A DNA stretch of 64,000 bases from Sphaerodactylus townsendi (GCF_021028975.2 NC_059425.1:139624001-139688000), one strand, 5' to 3'; shown: positions 36,351 to 50,998, counted from the stretch's first letter. Program-made: numbers and translations. The notes: a model not told the origin generated them from the letters alone.

Positions 36351-38099
36351 GGTTGAGAAAAGTAGGGTTAAATTCAAACTCTTCTTCCTCTTGTGGACAC
36401 ATGAAATCAGACAAGGCACATTCCATATGTTCAACTGTGAGAGAAAATTACACATATACCGGTAATCATGGAGTAAGGGAGATTCCATAAGTGGAATGCA
36501 AGAGTCTCAATATTCCAGATGTGTCTAGTATATATAATACATAGAAACATCACAGTTCTTCCATTTCTGACTAGGCAACATCAGGGACAGGGTTTGGACC
36601 CCATTCTATTTTGGAAGACCTTCTAGAATGCTGGACTAACAGTGCAATCATAACCATAGTAAATGGATTATTAGTCTGATTTAGGATAGTTTTTATTATG
36701 CTCTTAAAAAGATTACCTGGAACTGAGTGTTCTGTTTCATCATGAAGTCAGTTTAGGGCTGAAAGGTCTTATTGGAAAAATATATGGGGTTTGTTGCTAA
36801 ACATTGCTATACTGCTGCAAAGTATCATCCATACCACGCACTCTTTTACACAACTACTATTCCAGGCAATTCTCTCTAATTTCATGCCAGATTTCCCCAG
36901 CATGGCAAATATCTATTCTCTTTACCTCAAAGAAAACATTATTAGCAGATGAAGAAAAATAAGCTATTTCACAGAAATGCTACATTAGCATCTTCAGAAT
37001 TTTCACAGTTCATACAACCTCATCATCTTGGAATTAGAAGCCATACAAATTGCAGCCATAGAAACATCTCAATTTTTAGATTATGGATGCGGGTGTAGGG
37101 TGTGTCTGTTCCACAGGTCTCATAAAAAGAGTACAAATTTCTGTTTTCTGTTTCTAAAAAAGCTGTTAGCATGACAGATTTCTAAGCATAGGTTTATTCC
37201 CATCAACTTGTGCCTGGATAACAGATAAAAACATATTCATCTCTTAAAGATGAGAGTTAAAACATATCATTATCTTTACTTTAATTCCAGCATGAGCTTC
37301 ATGGGCACATGATAAGATTGGATTGGGGGGTGGGGGTTAACCTCTTGAGACTTCCATAATAAAGCTTCTATAATTGTCAAAGTTATAAATACCTTTTAAT
37401 ACTTATCAGACTGCCTCCAAATGGATAAATTTGTTGGTGGGGAGAACTCAGTGGAAGGCACCAAAGAAAAAGGGGCAGTCAGAGAGGAGGTGGTGGGATG
37501 AGGTGAGGGAAGTTCAGTTGCCCAGAAGAGGTGCCTCATTTTGTAGTGCACACACCTGTTCCCCTAATTAGGCTGCTGCTGGGAGGCAGGGAAAGGAACA
37601 GGGAGGCTCCAGGCCTCAGACGAGAGACACAACCCTTGTTAAGGCAGGAGTTGGGCTGTTATTCAAGTGAGACTATGGTGAGCAAAAAGGAGGGGGAGTG
37701 AAAGGTTCCTAATGAGATGTTCAATGATGTCTAGTTCTATTTGTTGATGAATATTGACCCCTCAAGTAATGTCCCTTGGACTCACCAATCTCCCTCCTTC
37801 CCCCAGCTAAGACACCCTCTTCCATCTACAGGACCTTCCAATTCCTGGTGTTCCCACTCCCTTCTTTCAAGGACTGTGCATTGACAGTGACCATAGTGGG
37901 CTTTGGGCACATGAGATTCCGAGGGGGTTTAGGGTGTATTCTACTCTCAAAGCAGGAGAAGAGTTTTGGGGGCTGGTGACTGTTAATTATTTAGAATGCC
38001 TGATGTACCCCTCTTGCCTGTCCCTGTACCTTGTGCTCTGCTTAAGTGTTGCAATCCTTGGAGCAACCTGGTGTCAAATGGGGTAAAATGAAAAGGGAT

Positions 38100-38870
38100 G
38101 AGAAAGGGAGGGGAGGGAGGAGGCCTGGCATCTGGACATGGCCCACCCACCCTAGCAGAGGGAGAGGGAGGGGAGGGAAAGGAGTGGCATACAAGGGAGG
38201 GGGGGAGGAGGGGCCCCAGCTTCTGGACATGGGCCACCCACCCTAGCAATGGGAGGGGGAGGGGTGGCAAGCAAAGGAAGGGAAGGGAGGGGAGGGAGGA
38301 GTGGTATACAAGGGGAGGGAAGGGAGGGAGGGGTGGTATGCAAGGGAGGGGGAGGGGCCCCGCATCTGGACATGGCCCACCCACCCTAGCAAAGGGAGGG
38401 GGAGGGGTGGCATGCAAGAGAAGGGGAGGGAGGGAGGGGAGGGAGTTAGGGATGGCATGCAAGGGAGGAGAGGAGGGAGAGGGCCACTTTAAAACTGGGA
38501 GTTGAGCACAGGCAAAGCTACAAGGGGGAAGGGGTTTCCACGGCCCTTACCCCATCTCATGGCCTCCCACTTACCTTAGTTCTTAGTTTCAAACTGAAAA
38601 GCATGCCATTCCATTCAGGCTGAAGTGGGTTCTTGTGAGAACTACACTACCCAGAAGACCTTGAGACCCCCAAGGGCTCCTGGGTAGTATAGTTCCCACC
38701 CTGCCTTTTTTCAGTCTGAACTGAACAGGCTGCTTTTCAGCCTGAAACTAAGCCTGAAACTGAGAACTAAGGTAAGTGGGGGGCTGCAGGGCAGGGCAGG
38801 GCAGGAGCAGGGCCCATGGGGTGGGGGGGGCAGAAAATGCAGAGTCCGCTCCGGGCACAGTTTGATCCAG
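38100..38870. mobile_element. GC-rich insertion: G-rich tandem units plus a palindromic end segment
   Basis: Absent from the paralogous region near 52120-52150; cccacttaccttagttct / agaactaaggtaagtggg inverted repeat. Confidence 0.65.
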
Positions 38871-39110
38871 CTACATCTCTGGAACTGAGTTACGCTTGGC
38901 TTTGCCAAAGGCTATAAATAGATCTGCCCAAACATCTGCTAGATATGACTTTCTCTAAAGCACCTGATTTTACCAACTTGGGAAAGGTGGGGGCAAGAAC
39001 AGAAGGCCTATTTACATGCATTATGTGCCATCAAGTTGCTTTGGACTTATGAATCAAAGACCTCCAAAACGTTCTCTCATTGACAGCCTTGCTCAGGTAA
39101 TGCAAACTGA

Positions 39111-39686
39111 GGCCGTTTCTGCACGGCCAGGCTGGGGGTTGGGTCGGCGTACATGACGCCGGACTCTTGAACCCTTAGCCAGACCTGCCGCATCGAACGC
39201 ATCCCTCGTGAAGCCGGTGGGGAAAGACGGCTCAGGTTGTACTGGACGTTTCAAACGCCTTATCAGGAAGAACCTTCTGGCCTCCAGTTGCCGCTATTGT
39301 GCCAGCGCATTTCCCGCCCCTTCGCGGACAGCCTTCCTCGAAGTTGCCGGTAGGGCAGCGTGTCCCCGGCCTTTATGTAATGCAATCGGAGGCCGGAGGA
39401 CACGTGATAAGGCGCTTGGGAAAGCGGGATGGTGCAAGTGCTTCCAGCTGCTGCCGCCGGGCGACAGCAGCGCTTTGAAACTGTAGCCGCCAGCTTCTAA
39501 ACCTACTCGGCTTCGGGGAGGCGAGGTTAGAAACAGTGGTAACCCTTCGCTACCACTGAGAGGAGTGAGGGTGGCATGACTTCGCGCATGCAGCCGCGTT
39601 TCATGCGAACGCGTAACAGCTCTCTAGGGACTGGGCATTTTGCTTACGCCCCTAGGGCGCTGCTATTGGCCCGTGCAGAAAGGGCC
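39111..39686. mobile_element. PIF/Harbinger-type MITE, CpG-rich
   Basis: TIRs GGCCGTTTCTGCACGG / CCGTGCAGAAAGGGCC; TSD TGA; empty site tgcaaactgag in the paralogue at about 52377-52387. Confidence 0.9.
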
Positions 39687-40110
39687 TGAGAGTCAATTTT
39701 ATTACAGTCAATCCATCTCATAGTGGGCTTTCCTCTTTTCTTACTTTCAACATTTCCTAGCATTATGGTGACTGAAGTACAGTAGCTTCCATTTAGCCAT
39801 TTTAGCTTCTAGCAGCATAATTAGCAGATAAAGTTTTTCTTATCAGTCTACAAAGGAGCATAAGGTGTGTTTGATGTTTCCCATGTCAAAATTATGCATG
39901 CTGAATTTTTAAAAAATATATCCGGGAAAAGACTAGGCAGAAAAAAAAATCTCCTTCAGTTGGGTTTCTATGTATGCAGAGAGGTTGAAGGAATATTCAA
40001 ACATTATAGATAAAGTAAAGTTTCCTTATTCATTTACAATTCATAGAAGTCAGCATAATTTATTCTATCATTTAAAAGAGTTGTTGATTATATACATTGA
40101 TTATATACAT

Positions 40111-40248
40111 NNNNNNNNNNNNNNNNNNNNNNNNNNNNNNNNNNNNNNNNNNNNNNNNNNNNNNNNNNNNNNNNNNNNNNNNNNNNNNNNNNNNNNNNNN
40201 NNNNNNNNNNNNNNNNNNNNNNNNNNNNNNNNNNNNNNNNNNNNNNNN
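40111..40248. other. Assembly gap
   Basis: Run of N. Confidence 1.
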
Positions 40249-41191
40249 TACCTTTCAAAAAATGTAGATCTGGCCCTTATTGGCAGAACAGAAAGTATGG
40301 TGTGTGGGCAAAAAATGGAGGCAGTTCAGAGTGGAAGGTTCATGAGAAAAAGTCAGTGAGGAGAAATGACACATAACGTGGCTGGGTTAATTGAGATTTT
40401 CCCACATCTTATTACTTATACTGTGTCCTTGGCCTTTGTAGAGTGTGAATGCAAGGAAAGTATAACCATGGTGCCTACAAGCTACTAAATCTGCATGGAG
40501 ATGTTCTAACAACTATTATAATATTGTAGTAATATGCGTTTCACATTCACAAGGAATAAAGTTTGTTTTTCATTTGTCCTCTTCTGTACAAATGACTTAA
40601 TCCCATCTGAAGAGATAAACGATTTCCACACTAAGTTATATTTATAGATTGTTGGATATTACATTACAGTTGTAATGTAATCATTCACAACAGGGTTTTC
40701 TTTTGTGTACATGATCATCTAGGAGTTGAATAATCACTATAATAGGACAACGTCATCTGTGGATGAAGCCAGGAAACACTCCTTACAGCTAGAGAAAAAT
40801 CAATGCCAATTCACCCATCGGAAAGGCCATGTGTGCCCCCATGTGGACTGTTGACAGATGTGGTTTTGGAGTTCCATGATCAGAACTTACTTCACAGGCA
40901 AGAAGGCACAATTTGGATCAAGAATGTGGTATGTAGCATAGGGAGCTTAAGCTGTGCCATTTCCAGGGCTTAAAATATCCTATAGAACCACTACTTATCA
41001 AATTGGGGAATGTTACATGAACTAATGGTTACATATAAGTTTCTCTAGTGGACAAATGGCAGCTCCCCTAGAACATTTCAAGATGGGAAAATAGTATGTG
41101 AGGCTAGGAAGAAAACTTAAGACATCTCTTGCTACACCATAGTCCTAATTTGAATTGGTCCTATGTGTACATGGGAATTAAGTCCCTAGTG

Positions 41192-41339
41192 CAGGGATAG
41201 GGAACCTGCGGCTCTCCAGATGTTCAGGAACTACAATTCCCATCAGCCTCTGTCAGTATGGCCAATTGGCCATGCTGGTAGGGGCTGATGGGAATTGTAG
41301 TTCCTGAACATCTGGAGAGCCGCAGGTTCCCTACCCCTG
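41192..41339. mobile_element. Palindromic hAT MITE (148 bp)
   Basis: Near-perfect foldback; 8-bp TSD CCCTAGTG at 41184-41191 and 41340-41347. Confidence 0.92.
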
Positions 41340-41963
41340 CCCTAGTGCATAACTCTGATATAAAGTCCTCTTGATGGCCACATGGCGAACACGAGGACGC
41401 TGTAATTTGTAAATTAGCTCTCATTTGATTGATCTTTGATGATAGTTTTCAGGGATTAAAATGTGTTAGATCATTTGGGCTATGCTTTGTCCATGTTCTC
41501 TGTTTTCATTTGTGGATATCATAGTGTTGTTATAACCTGACAAGCAAATGCAGGAAGATTTCAATAGATCCACTGTATCACCTGGGCTCTGGGAAAAATG
41601 GGAATCTTTATTATGCCTTTTGGTGAAAAGATTTACACATTTTCCAGATCATTATGAATAGAATTCAAGTAGCTAAGCTTGAAAAAAATATTTTGGATTG
41701 TCCATCAGTGCCAAGAGCAGCTTGGATGCTTCACTATCAACTAACTATGTTTGATAAATTCAGGCAAGCTAAACAGCCAAATACTCTTTCAGTTATTTCA
41801 GATTTATGGAAAAGGTAAACCAAAGTCCTAGTGTTTTTTTAATCAGATAAATATGGGCATATTTTCAGTCAAGCAAAGGAACAATAAGGAAAAAAAGATG
41901 TATTCTAAAAAGCAGCCGGCAGATTTCTCTTATTTAAGAGTCTTGTCAGCAAGAGCCTAAAAG

Positions 41964-42901
41964 CAGGGGCGTAATGAGGCAGCCCTGGGCAAACTGTAGC
42001 CCTGGGCAAAACCTGAGTTGGATGCCCCCCCACCCATGGGCAGCCACTCCACCATGACCAAAGATTTTTTTGCACCAGGACATTGGTGCCTGCAGGGGGT
42101 GCATTTTTAGACATATCAGCACCAACATTTCAGCATATCATCAGGAGCCTGTCCTTATGCTACCCACCAAGTTTGGTGAGGTTTGGTTCAAGGAGTCCAA
42201 AGTTATGGACTCCCAAAGGGGGTGCCCCATCCCCCAATGTTTCCAATGGGAGCTAATAGGAGATGGGGGCTACAGTTTTGAGGGTCCATAACTTTGGCCC
42301 CCCTAAACCAAACTGCACAAAGCTTGGGGTTGCCATCAACTCCAGATGATGCCCTGAAATTTTGGTGCCGATACATCCAAAAATGCACCCCCTACAGGAA
42401 CATCCTAGAAATTTGCCCAAGAATCTTTGTTCTGCATTGAGTTTTCTGCATTGCTGTCAATGGGGGTTGCAGGCTGGGGGACACATTTCTGAAGGCACAG
42501 TCTCAAAACTTTCAGGGTCTCATCAGGAGACTTCCCTAATGATACCCCCCAAGTTTGGTGCAATTTGGTTCAGGGGGGCCAAAGTTATGGACTCTCAAAA
42601 CTGTAGCCCCCATCTCCTATTAGCTCCCATTGGAAACAATGGGGGATAGGGGCACCCCCTTTGGGAGTCCATAACTTTGGACTCCCTGAATCAAACCTCA
42701 CCAAACTTGGGGGGTAGCATAAGGACAGTCTCCTGATGATATGCTGAAATGTTGGTGCCGCTAGCCTAAAAACTGCGCCCCCTGCAGGCTGAAAAAGGAA
42801 AACCACTAAAATACCCAAAAACGAACCCAGCATTTTGATGCCCCCCACAAGGTGATGCCCTGGGCAGCTGCCCACCTTGCCCAATGGGCATTACACCAGT
42901 G
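41964..42901. mobile_element. Non-autonomous hAT element with internal inverted modules
   Basis: TSD CCTAAAAG at 41956-41963 and 42902-42909; ends caggggcgtaatg / cattacaccagtg. Confidence 0.88.
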
Positions 42902-43921
42902 CCTAAAAGAGTCTTTCAGATAAAACCAGTGTAAAATAACATTTCTTAAGATCAGAGATATTTTCAGCTGCTATCAAAAATAACATGGTGACATGTATGC
43001 TGTTTTTTTTGTCTATTTTTGACCTTTCAAATTATACTTTGCATCTGAATCATATAATATTTTTCAGGGGTGAGGGGGTCATGGAATGTTTGATGTTATA
43101 AATCGTCAAAATCTATTAAAATGTAAATAACAAAGATTGATTTTTCCATGCTAGACAGATTTGATCAGAAGGAAAGCGACCACTAAAGATGTTTCTGTAT
43201 GAAATTACAAAAAGATTGGTATTAAAAGCAGAAAACCAGAGAACATGTGTGTGTGGGGGGGGGGGCTAAATCTGGACAGCAGGGTCGGACTTTGGTGTTG
43301 TCATATTAAATCAAAACCTTGGGCATTTCTACAGACAGAAATCATTATTGAGGAAGCATTTCTGGTACAGATATCACACAGCATCTTCTGTTTGTATTTA
43401 TAGTGTACATAGTAAACCTCAGGCAGTAACAGCACTTCAATAGAAAACACATTACTTTATACAATCTTCAAGGTATTATTACATTTGTTACAAACCAAAT
43501 TGTGCAAATAGGTCAAAAAGCAACCACTGTAAGGAATTATATACATTCAATAAAATGTTCTGAATTTCAAAGTTTCATAATAAGGTAGTATGCTATAAAA
43601 AGCATTTCAATATGAATATGTATATTTTGGAGTGAATGTTTGTAGAAATTCTTTGAAAGGCATGTAAATTCTTTGAAAGGCATGTAAAAGAAAATATCAC
43701 ATTTACTCTTGTCAAATAATCTCCCTGCTTACAGAACATAAAGATCTGTATTTATTGTATTCAAATGCTGAAGGATATGAGGAGCTGCTTGGTTGCAGCC
43801 ACAATCCGAAATATGATCACTAGAAGCAACAAACCTTTGAAGGACTTCTAATTTAGTTAGGCAAATTGCAAGTTAGACTTCATTTTTCTCCCTCCCATTT
43901 CCCCCCCTTCAAAAAAGAAGT

Positions 43922-44775
43922 AGATCATTCTGCATAGCACAAATAAGACATCCTGAGAACAGAAAAAAGGTGTCTCATACAGCTTTTCCCCCAAGATGTC
44001 CTAAAGATACACTATTTAACCTTGAGCCATCTTTTTTGGAAGGCACAGAATTGTGGACTTTTTTCCTGAAGTCATCTGCAAGACATCTCCTGCTTGCTGT
44101 GCGAAGCTCAGGAGCTGAGGAGATGACTTCTTTTTCCCACCCGCCTGTTAAAGCTCAGTTGTTAGCTTCCTTCACCACTCATACCTGACATTGTATGGTG
44201 CTGCAGAGATGCTTAAGGTTTCCCTGGGACATTTGCTCTGCAGGCTCAACTGCTGGGCTCCTTTTCAGCCCCAGATGTACGTAGTTGTACTCAGCTTGTC
44301 CTGCCGATTCCAGCAATATACTGTTTCCTCTTTTTAAATTTTTTTCGATGAGCTGTCTTTAAAGACACCAAAACATGACATGAAAATCAGCACGGATACT
44401 GAAATCATGCAGGCATGTCTTTGAAGACAGCACACTGGAATTTTTTAAAAAGAGGAAACTGTATATTGCCGGAATCAGCAGGATGGGCCCAAGTACAACC
44501 ATGTATATTTTGGGCTGAAATGGTGTCCAGCAGCAAAGCCTGCAGAGCAAACATTCTGGGAAAACCTTAAGCAAAAAGCTACACGCAGGGAGAATCCCTG
44601 CAGCACCATAAAATGTCGGGGCTGAGAGCTTTCAACTCAGGGAGGTGGAAATGTAGAAAAGTCTATTTCTCCTCTGAAGCCTTTTTTTGTCAGTGCTGTC
44701 TGAACAAAACATTAGGAGGAGGCTTTTTTTTAAGATGTCCCCATGACATCTCACTTGTGCTGTGCATGATCGGCC
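43922..44775. mobile_element. Foldback Harbinger-like element, copy A
   Basis: Degenerate TIRs of about 40 bp; internal inverted arms 44180-44390 and 44398-44625. Confidence 0.75.
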
Positions 44776-46574
44776 TTTGTATAACATTCTGAATACAATT
44801 TCATAATTTTTGTTTGCTAATAATGATAATAGCAGCAACAATAAATCAATACTCTGGCATGACAAGAAGCAACCAATTTTAACATGTTATGACTTTGTAC
44901 AAGATAGGAATATGTATAAGGAATTTACAGTTTCAGCATTCCAGTTTTGAATAGACAACACGGCATAGCAATTGTCTTTTCGAAATGTGCCATTGCAGTG
45001 GATGTTTTAGAATTGTAAGATACACAAAGATACTTGTTTAATTGCTTGTAAAGTGAAGACCACTTTGCACTGAGAACCAGAATTTTTCAATAAATCACTG
45101 TAACGACAACACTGTTTGTCGCTACTACAAATAGACAATAATAACAGGCAATTTAGTGTGAATGAAAGGGTTTTCCCCTGCCTCCCAGCCTTGTCTTCCA
45201 ACAGCTCTATCTCCAGTACAAATATTGTTTTTCTACACTTGACCAACTCTACTAGCTGTTGTCATAGAAATTACCAAGAAAAAAGCAAGATCAATACATC
45301 ACAACGTGAAAAAAAACTACAGTTTTGCAATTCTTTGCACTGTGATTGTTATGCTTATATTATTCAACACACTCATGCAAGAATCTCAAAAATGTCTGAA
45401 AGCACCAGTAACATTGTTATTTATGTTTTTCAGAGCTATTGAACTGCAAGCCCTTTGCACCAAATGGTATTGGTTGATTGTTGCAGGTCATTGCTTTGAC
45501 AGGAGTGATTAGTATGAAAATATGAAGTATCTGTAGAGAAGGTTTTCATGTGTAGCTTGGAACAAGAAAGGTTATAATATTTTTTCCCATTTTATCACTC
45601 TAAGAGTTAGCAGCTGACATCCTAGAAATGCTGACATTACTTTAAAATCTCTTCATAAGATTTCTCATTCCAACAGAAACAGTTTATGGAGAACAGGCTG
45701 TGCCAAGTTTAATGGCTCATTATCCTGAGAAACTGGTTAGACTTGGGGTATTGGTGAGATTTGCGTTAAAAGCAGGGCCGGAGAGAGGGGGAACTATGCT
45801 CAGGGCACGCATGTGCCCTGCGCCCCCGCCCGCCCCCGCCATGTTTCAGAAAACCCCAGAAGCGCCCCCACATCCTTGTACCGGCACAAGCCTGGTGCAT
45901 CACACACACACACACCGCCCCTTTGGCACTAGGTCACTGGTTAAAAGTGTGCCACTTTTCCAATTACCAGTATTAAGTTATCAAAGTTGTCTACATCTAT
46001 TTAAAGAAGAGGTTACAATTAAAATGTCATACCAACAGAAGTTGGCTCATGGTAGGCATGGACCTGATTTGTTGCTGGCTTCTCACACTCCTTCTTCCCT
46101 GCTCCATCATGTGGAAAACAGAATTAATTCCTTCACTTTCAGTAAACAGGAATTATCAGTGATATTCAGATGCCAACAGCTTTGAGCCATCCTGCTAACA
46201 AGTAAATACAGTGCAGTCCTAAGCAGAGTAACACCTAAATCCACTGAAATTAATGAGTTTTGAAGGATGTACTACTGGTATTTGCTCTTCATAATTTTTA
46301 CAGTGCTCACTAGTCCTAAATAGTAGCCATAAATTATCCTTGTTCCTATATGCAAATAAGCAGCAAGCATGGCGATTTCACTAAATGTGTATTCATCATC
46401 ACAGAAGCTACTAATTTTTGCATCCTGGTAAGGCACACCATCTGAAAAAGTTAAAAAGAGTTTGAATAATGTTAGTGAAATTCAAATATCCCTAAATCAG
46501 AACAGTGTTTTAAAGTCAGTTTTAAAAAATAAGGCAAATTGGGGAGTTAGTGCTAGTGGGCTGAGACCCCCCTC

Positions 46575-46752
46575 CCCCCATCAAGTCACTGCTGACTTCT
46601 GGCAATCCCTGGAAGGGTTTTCAAGGCAAGATATGCTCAGAAATTGTTTACTATTGTATACCTTGCATTGCGACACTGGTATTCCTTGGAGGTCTCCCAT
46701 CCAAATACTTGCCAGGGCTGATCCTGCTTTGCCACAGAGATCTAATGAGATA
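46575..46752 (-). mobile_element. 5S rRNA-derived SINE (5S-Sauria-like)
   Basis: ggtctcccatccaaatact...cctgct...gagatct is the 5S rRNA complement; tail tttcaaggcaaga shared with the 59474 copy. Confidence 0.7.
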
Positions 46753-49700
46753 TATTCAAGAAATTTAATGTGAACCTACTAGAATTTTGATTTTAGAAAC
46801 CCAGTTTTCTCACAGTCTTAACTTGATTATTGAAACATCAGGTGACAACTTACATGTCTGAACAATCACTTCAAACCACCACAAGCAAGCACACATAAAC
46901 ACACTCATGGAGGAGTAGGACTCTGTGTTCCTATCAATTCCAATTGTGCTGATGAAACCACAGCTTGTGGGTCCTGTGGGGCAGAACCTGAAATGAATCT
47001 TGCAAAACTACTTAAAACAAATTTTCATTTTACTTTTTGCTTAACATATATCAACATAAAACTTAGTAATACAACAAAATGATGATCTTATTCAAATCTT
47101 AACAATTCACTTTTCCCCTTTCCCCTGTTTGCCAAGCCCAAGTTCAATTCTCTTCTCTTGTAAGCGGCCCAGGAAGTCTCCAGGTGAACTCTTGGTGCAC
47201 TGGCTTTGAAAGATGAAAGTCCCAAGAGAACTCCCACCAAATAAACAAAGCCCTCAAACAAGGTATTAAACTTCAAGCTCCCAGCCAGACAACCTTGGTT
47301 CCTTCTTCTGCTTTCCATACATGATACATTTAGCACCCTTTTGTCTCTAGAGGCTTCACTCCTTCCTGACTCATTCCATTTCTATGTAGAAGTTACGGTA
47401 GCAAGGTTACAAGAGATGCAAAACAGCCATCCTCCATTGCCTTCTATGGGTGCCTCTTGCAGCAAACCACCACTCCTCAAGTACAAAGAAAGAACCATAA
47501 AGAGTCAAGTTCTGCTCAGCTTCTCAAGTGCCATTCCCATAGGAACTGGAAGATCAACTGTGAGGCTCCCGCGACATCTATTTGATAGAATGGGATGAAC
47601 CAACCATCTCTGGCTAGTGTTGGATCTCTTGTCAGGCTGTTGGCCTCAGCAGAGGCCCAATCATGCTAGCCTTTGATGCTGGACCTGCAATTGATTAAAT
47701 GTACAACCCTTACCTGAAGCTATAAAAGTACAGTTCACAAAAAGTTCTAGTAGTCGTATCTGATGGCTGATTTAATTGGCTCTTCGGAGACATATCCTGT
47801 GTATTGCATGCATTACACAATTTATCATAATCAGTTATGAGGCAGACCTAGAGACTGATATTGCCATTCCTGTTTTCCAGTCCATGCCTTAAATTATTTA
47901 TTCAGAAAAATGAATAAGGTTATGTGTTGGGTTCTTTTCCCAGAAGGATTTAATTTTTTAAAAAGTCTTGGTAGTATACTGGCAGGCAAAACAATTTTCA
48001 AGTAACATTTAGTGCCGGGGGAAAAAAAGAGTACAAAATGACAAAACAAGTTACTCCATGGTAGTCCTTCACTTTACAGCAGAGACATACTCAATTCCTG
48101 TCAGAGCACTTCCTTCCAGCTGTACTTATTTCACACTTATCCCAGAATAGCTAGCAGTGAAGAGCTGCTGCTGTTGAACCCATAATGCAAATAAATCAGA
48201 GAAACGATACAGAACTTTTTAAAAAAATTAATGTTAAACAAGAAGAGGGAGACAGAATTATTTTTCTCCTGGGTATTAAAAGCAAAAAGAAAAAGAAACG
48301 TGCCAATTTGCCAGCAACTCCTACTACACTTTGGAGGTGGGCCCCAAAATGAATGCTAGAGAATTTCATATCTGTCATTCAGGGAGGAACATTATTCCTT
48401 CCAGGAGAATTTGCTGATATGAATAGAGGCTTTAAACTAGTGTCAATGAAAGAGGTTTTTATGAACTGGCATTTTTAAAAAAACACTTTCCCCTTTGCAT
48501 ATAGGCTCTGCCTCTTTCAGTCATAGGAGAAGATGAGTACAAGTTGTAAATTTAAAGAACAACATCACTGACTAGCTTGTAAATAATTTAATATACTACC
48601 GAACAGCATGACTCATTTGGCAAAAGGAAATGAACTTCTCAGATTACTTTTGCAAAAAAAAAAGCACATATTACATCGCAGCTTTAAAAAGGATTTGTGT
48701 GACAGACTTTATGCGAAATTATGTGAGCACTCAAACTGAGCACAAGGTCTAATATTTCTCTTTGGATTTGAAGCTCATTTTGTATTTATCTGGCTTGCTA
48801 CACAAGTATTATAAGTCTCTGTAATGCAAGTCAAAGTAGATGCCAGTTTCAGATAGACAGAGCTGCCGACTGGTGGTGGGGACAGCCTTGTGGGAGGAAA
48901 AATCCAGAGATCCTACTTATTCTCGGGGGGGGGGGGGGTGGATGTCCAAAGGAAATGGGCCAGTCAAATGATTTGCTGGCTAACGATGCTTGTGTTGGGT
49001 GTAGTGTTTTGATGGGAGCCAAAAGGAGTTGTTGCCTGGTGGGGGGTGGTGGTGGTGGTCTGTGATGGCTCTCAACGATTTTATAGATATAAAAATGTAA
49101 TTTGCCTTCTTGCTGCAAGCCAAACACCTTTTGCATTCTGCTCAGTCAAAATTCATTGTACAAAATGACTGTCAAAACCTGCCTGAAATATGAAACCAGG
49201 GCTGCAAGTTCAGAATCAATTATCATTTTTCTGGATGAAATATTCAGTGGTCTAAATCCCTTTCCCTTTGATCTCCCAGTATGCCAGATGTGAAATGCCT
49301 CTTTCCTGGACTGAGAGGCCAGCAACAGTTGTTCTATCACTTCTGAGAGGCCAGCAACAACTGTTCTAGCACTGTTCATGTGCCTGTTCTTGTTTTACTG
49401 CTCTGACTGAATAAATGTATCATTTTAGGTGGGTACTGGAATTAATTCATTGGAACATAGAGCCTTTACTATTATTGCAGCCCACTGGCTAATGAAACAT
49501 ATTTATCAAAGCAGGGACAAATATACAGGTTTCCCAACCTCTGTGATGAGGCCATGACAGAAACATAGTGGTTAGTATCTTGCACAACGTGTAGCTTGTG
49601 GAGAAATTAGAAGGCACACACAGGAGCAGAAAAAGGAGACAAAAATGCAGAGAGAAAGTTTTTTCTTCCTGGGAAAATAATGTTGCCATTAGAAAAACAC

Positions 49701-50201
49701 TGCCAACTCTGGATTGGGAAATTCCTAAAGATCTGTAGCTGGTGTCTGGAGAGAGTAAGGATTGGGAAGGAGATGATCCTCAGTATGGTATAATGCCATA
49801 GAATGTACCTTCCGAAGCAGTCATTTTCTCCTAGAAACTGATTTCTCTAGACTGGAGATTACTTGTAATTCTGGGAGACTTCTAGGCCACACCTAGAGGT
49901 TGACAATCTAGTTACCCTAGTTACCATCAAGAGCTTCAAGGAGTCCCAAATTATAAAGAATCTGGCTGTGAGAGACAGTGGGTTCTGAAAGAAAGCACTT
50001 CAGAAGCTTTCTAACAAAACCTTACTTACAATATGTAGAACTTCAGTCAGGGGAAAGTAAACGTGTGACAGATTTCACAGAAAATGTTTCCAAGAGACAG
50101 GATTTGAACAGTAGGAAAATCTGTGGTAAGCTGTGCATGCAAAACAGGCCATGGTGAGTGAAGAGGAAGGGGAGCTAAAAGTTCCTGAGATGTTAAAAAA
50201 T

Positions 50202-50971
50202 GGTCAGTTCTGCACAGTACAAATAAGGCGTCCTGAGAATACAAAAAAAGGCAACTTGAGGAGGAACTTCAATCACCTTTTCCCCCAAAGACATTCTCAG
50301 GACACCTTATTTCAGCTCAAGGTGCCTTTTTTCCTGAAGTCATCTGCAAGTCATCTCCTCAAGAGCTGAGGCAATGTCTTATTTTTCCCAGCTGACTTTT
50401 AAATCTCTCTTGTCAGTGCTCACACCTGATATTTTATAATGTTGCAGTGATTCTCCATGCCTGCAGCCATTTGGTGAAGACTGCTGTGTGCCTTTTCAGC
50501 CCAAAAAGTACATGGTTGTACTCAGTGTGTCCTGTTGATCCCAGCAATATATAGTTTCCCCCTTTTTAATCTTCGAAGACATGAAGACACAATTTCAGAA
50601 TCAATGCCAATTTTCATATTGTGTCTGTGTGTCTTCAAAGGCAGCTCATTGAAAATAAAAAGGAGGAAACTACATATTACTGGAATCAAGTTGAAAAGCA
50701 TGTACTTTTCGGGTTGAAAAAGCACCTATCAGCGGAGCCTGCAGAGCAAACATCCCAGGAAAACTTCAGCATATAGCTGCGTGCATGGAGAATCACTGCA
50801 GCACCATGAAATGTCAGGCACGAGAGCTTTAAACTCAAGTGGGAGGAAGGGGTGTGTGTGTGTGGGGGGGGGGTGTCTTTCTCCTCTGATCTCTTTTTTG
50901 TCCAAGCTGTCCAGACAAAAAATGAAGAGATAGCTATTTAAAAGATGTCTCCAGGATGTTTTATCTGTGCT
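50202..50971. mobile_element. Foldback Harbinger-like element, copy B
   Basis: Homologous to copy A (ttctgcacagtacaaataagg, ttttcccccaa, ttcctgaagtcatctgcaag); arms about 50420-50600 and 50615-50825. Confidence 0.75.
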
Positions 50972-50998
50972 TTCAATTTCTACACAGTGGGAGACATA

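Larger units (their letters stand above)
37790..40110 (+). repeat. Old local duplication, copy 1 (paralogue at 51855-53210)
   Basis: Collinear shared blocks, e.g. caggaccttccaattcct, gttacgcttggctttgccaaaggc, attttagcttctagcag, gtttcccatgtcaaa. Confidence 0.85.

Noticed and set aside
35921-38505. Pro/Gly-rich ORFs
   Set aside because: Products of low-complexity G/C tandem repeats.
40650-40692. Small hairpin as a possible pre-miRNA
   Set aside because: Stem too short and AT-rich; no recognisable mature miRNA.
46685-46752. 5S rRNA gene (also about 59825-59900)
   Set aside because: Degenerate and fused to a SINE tail; SINE head, not a gene.
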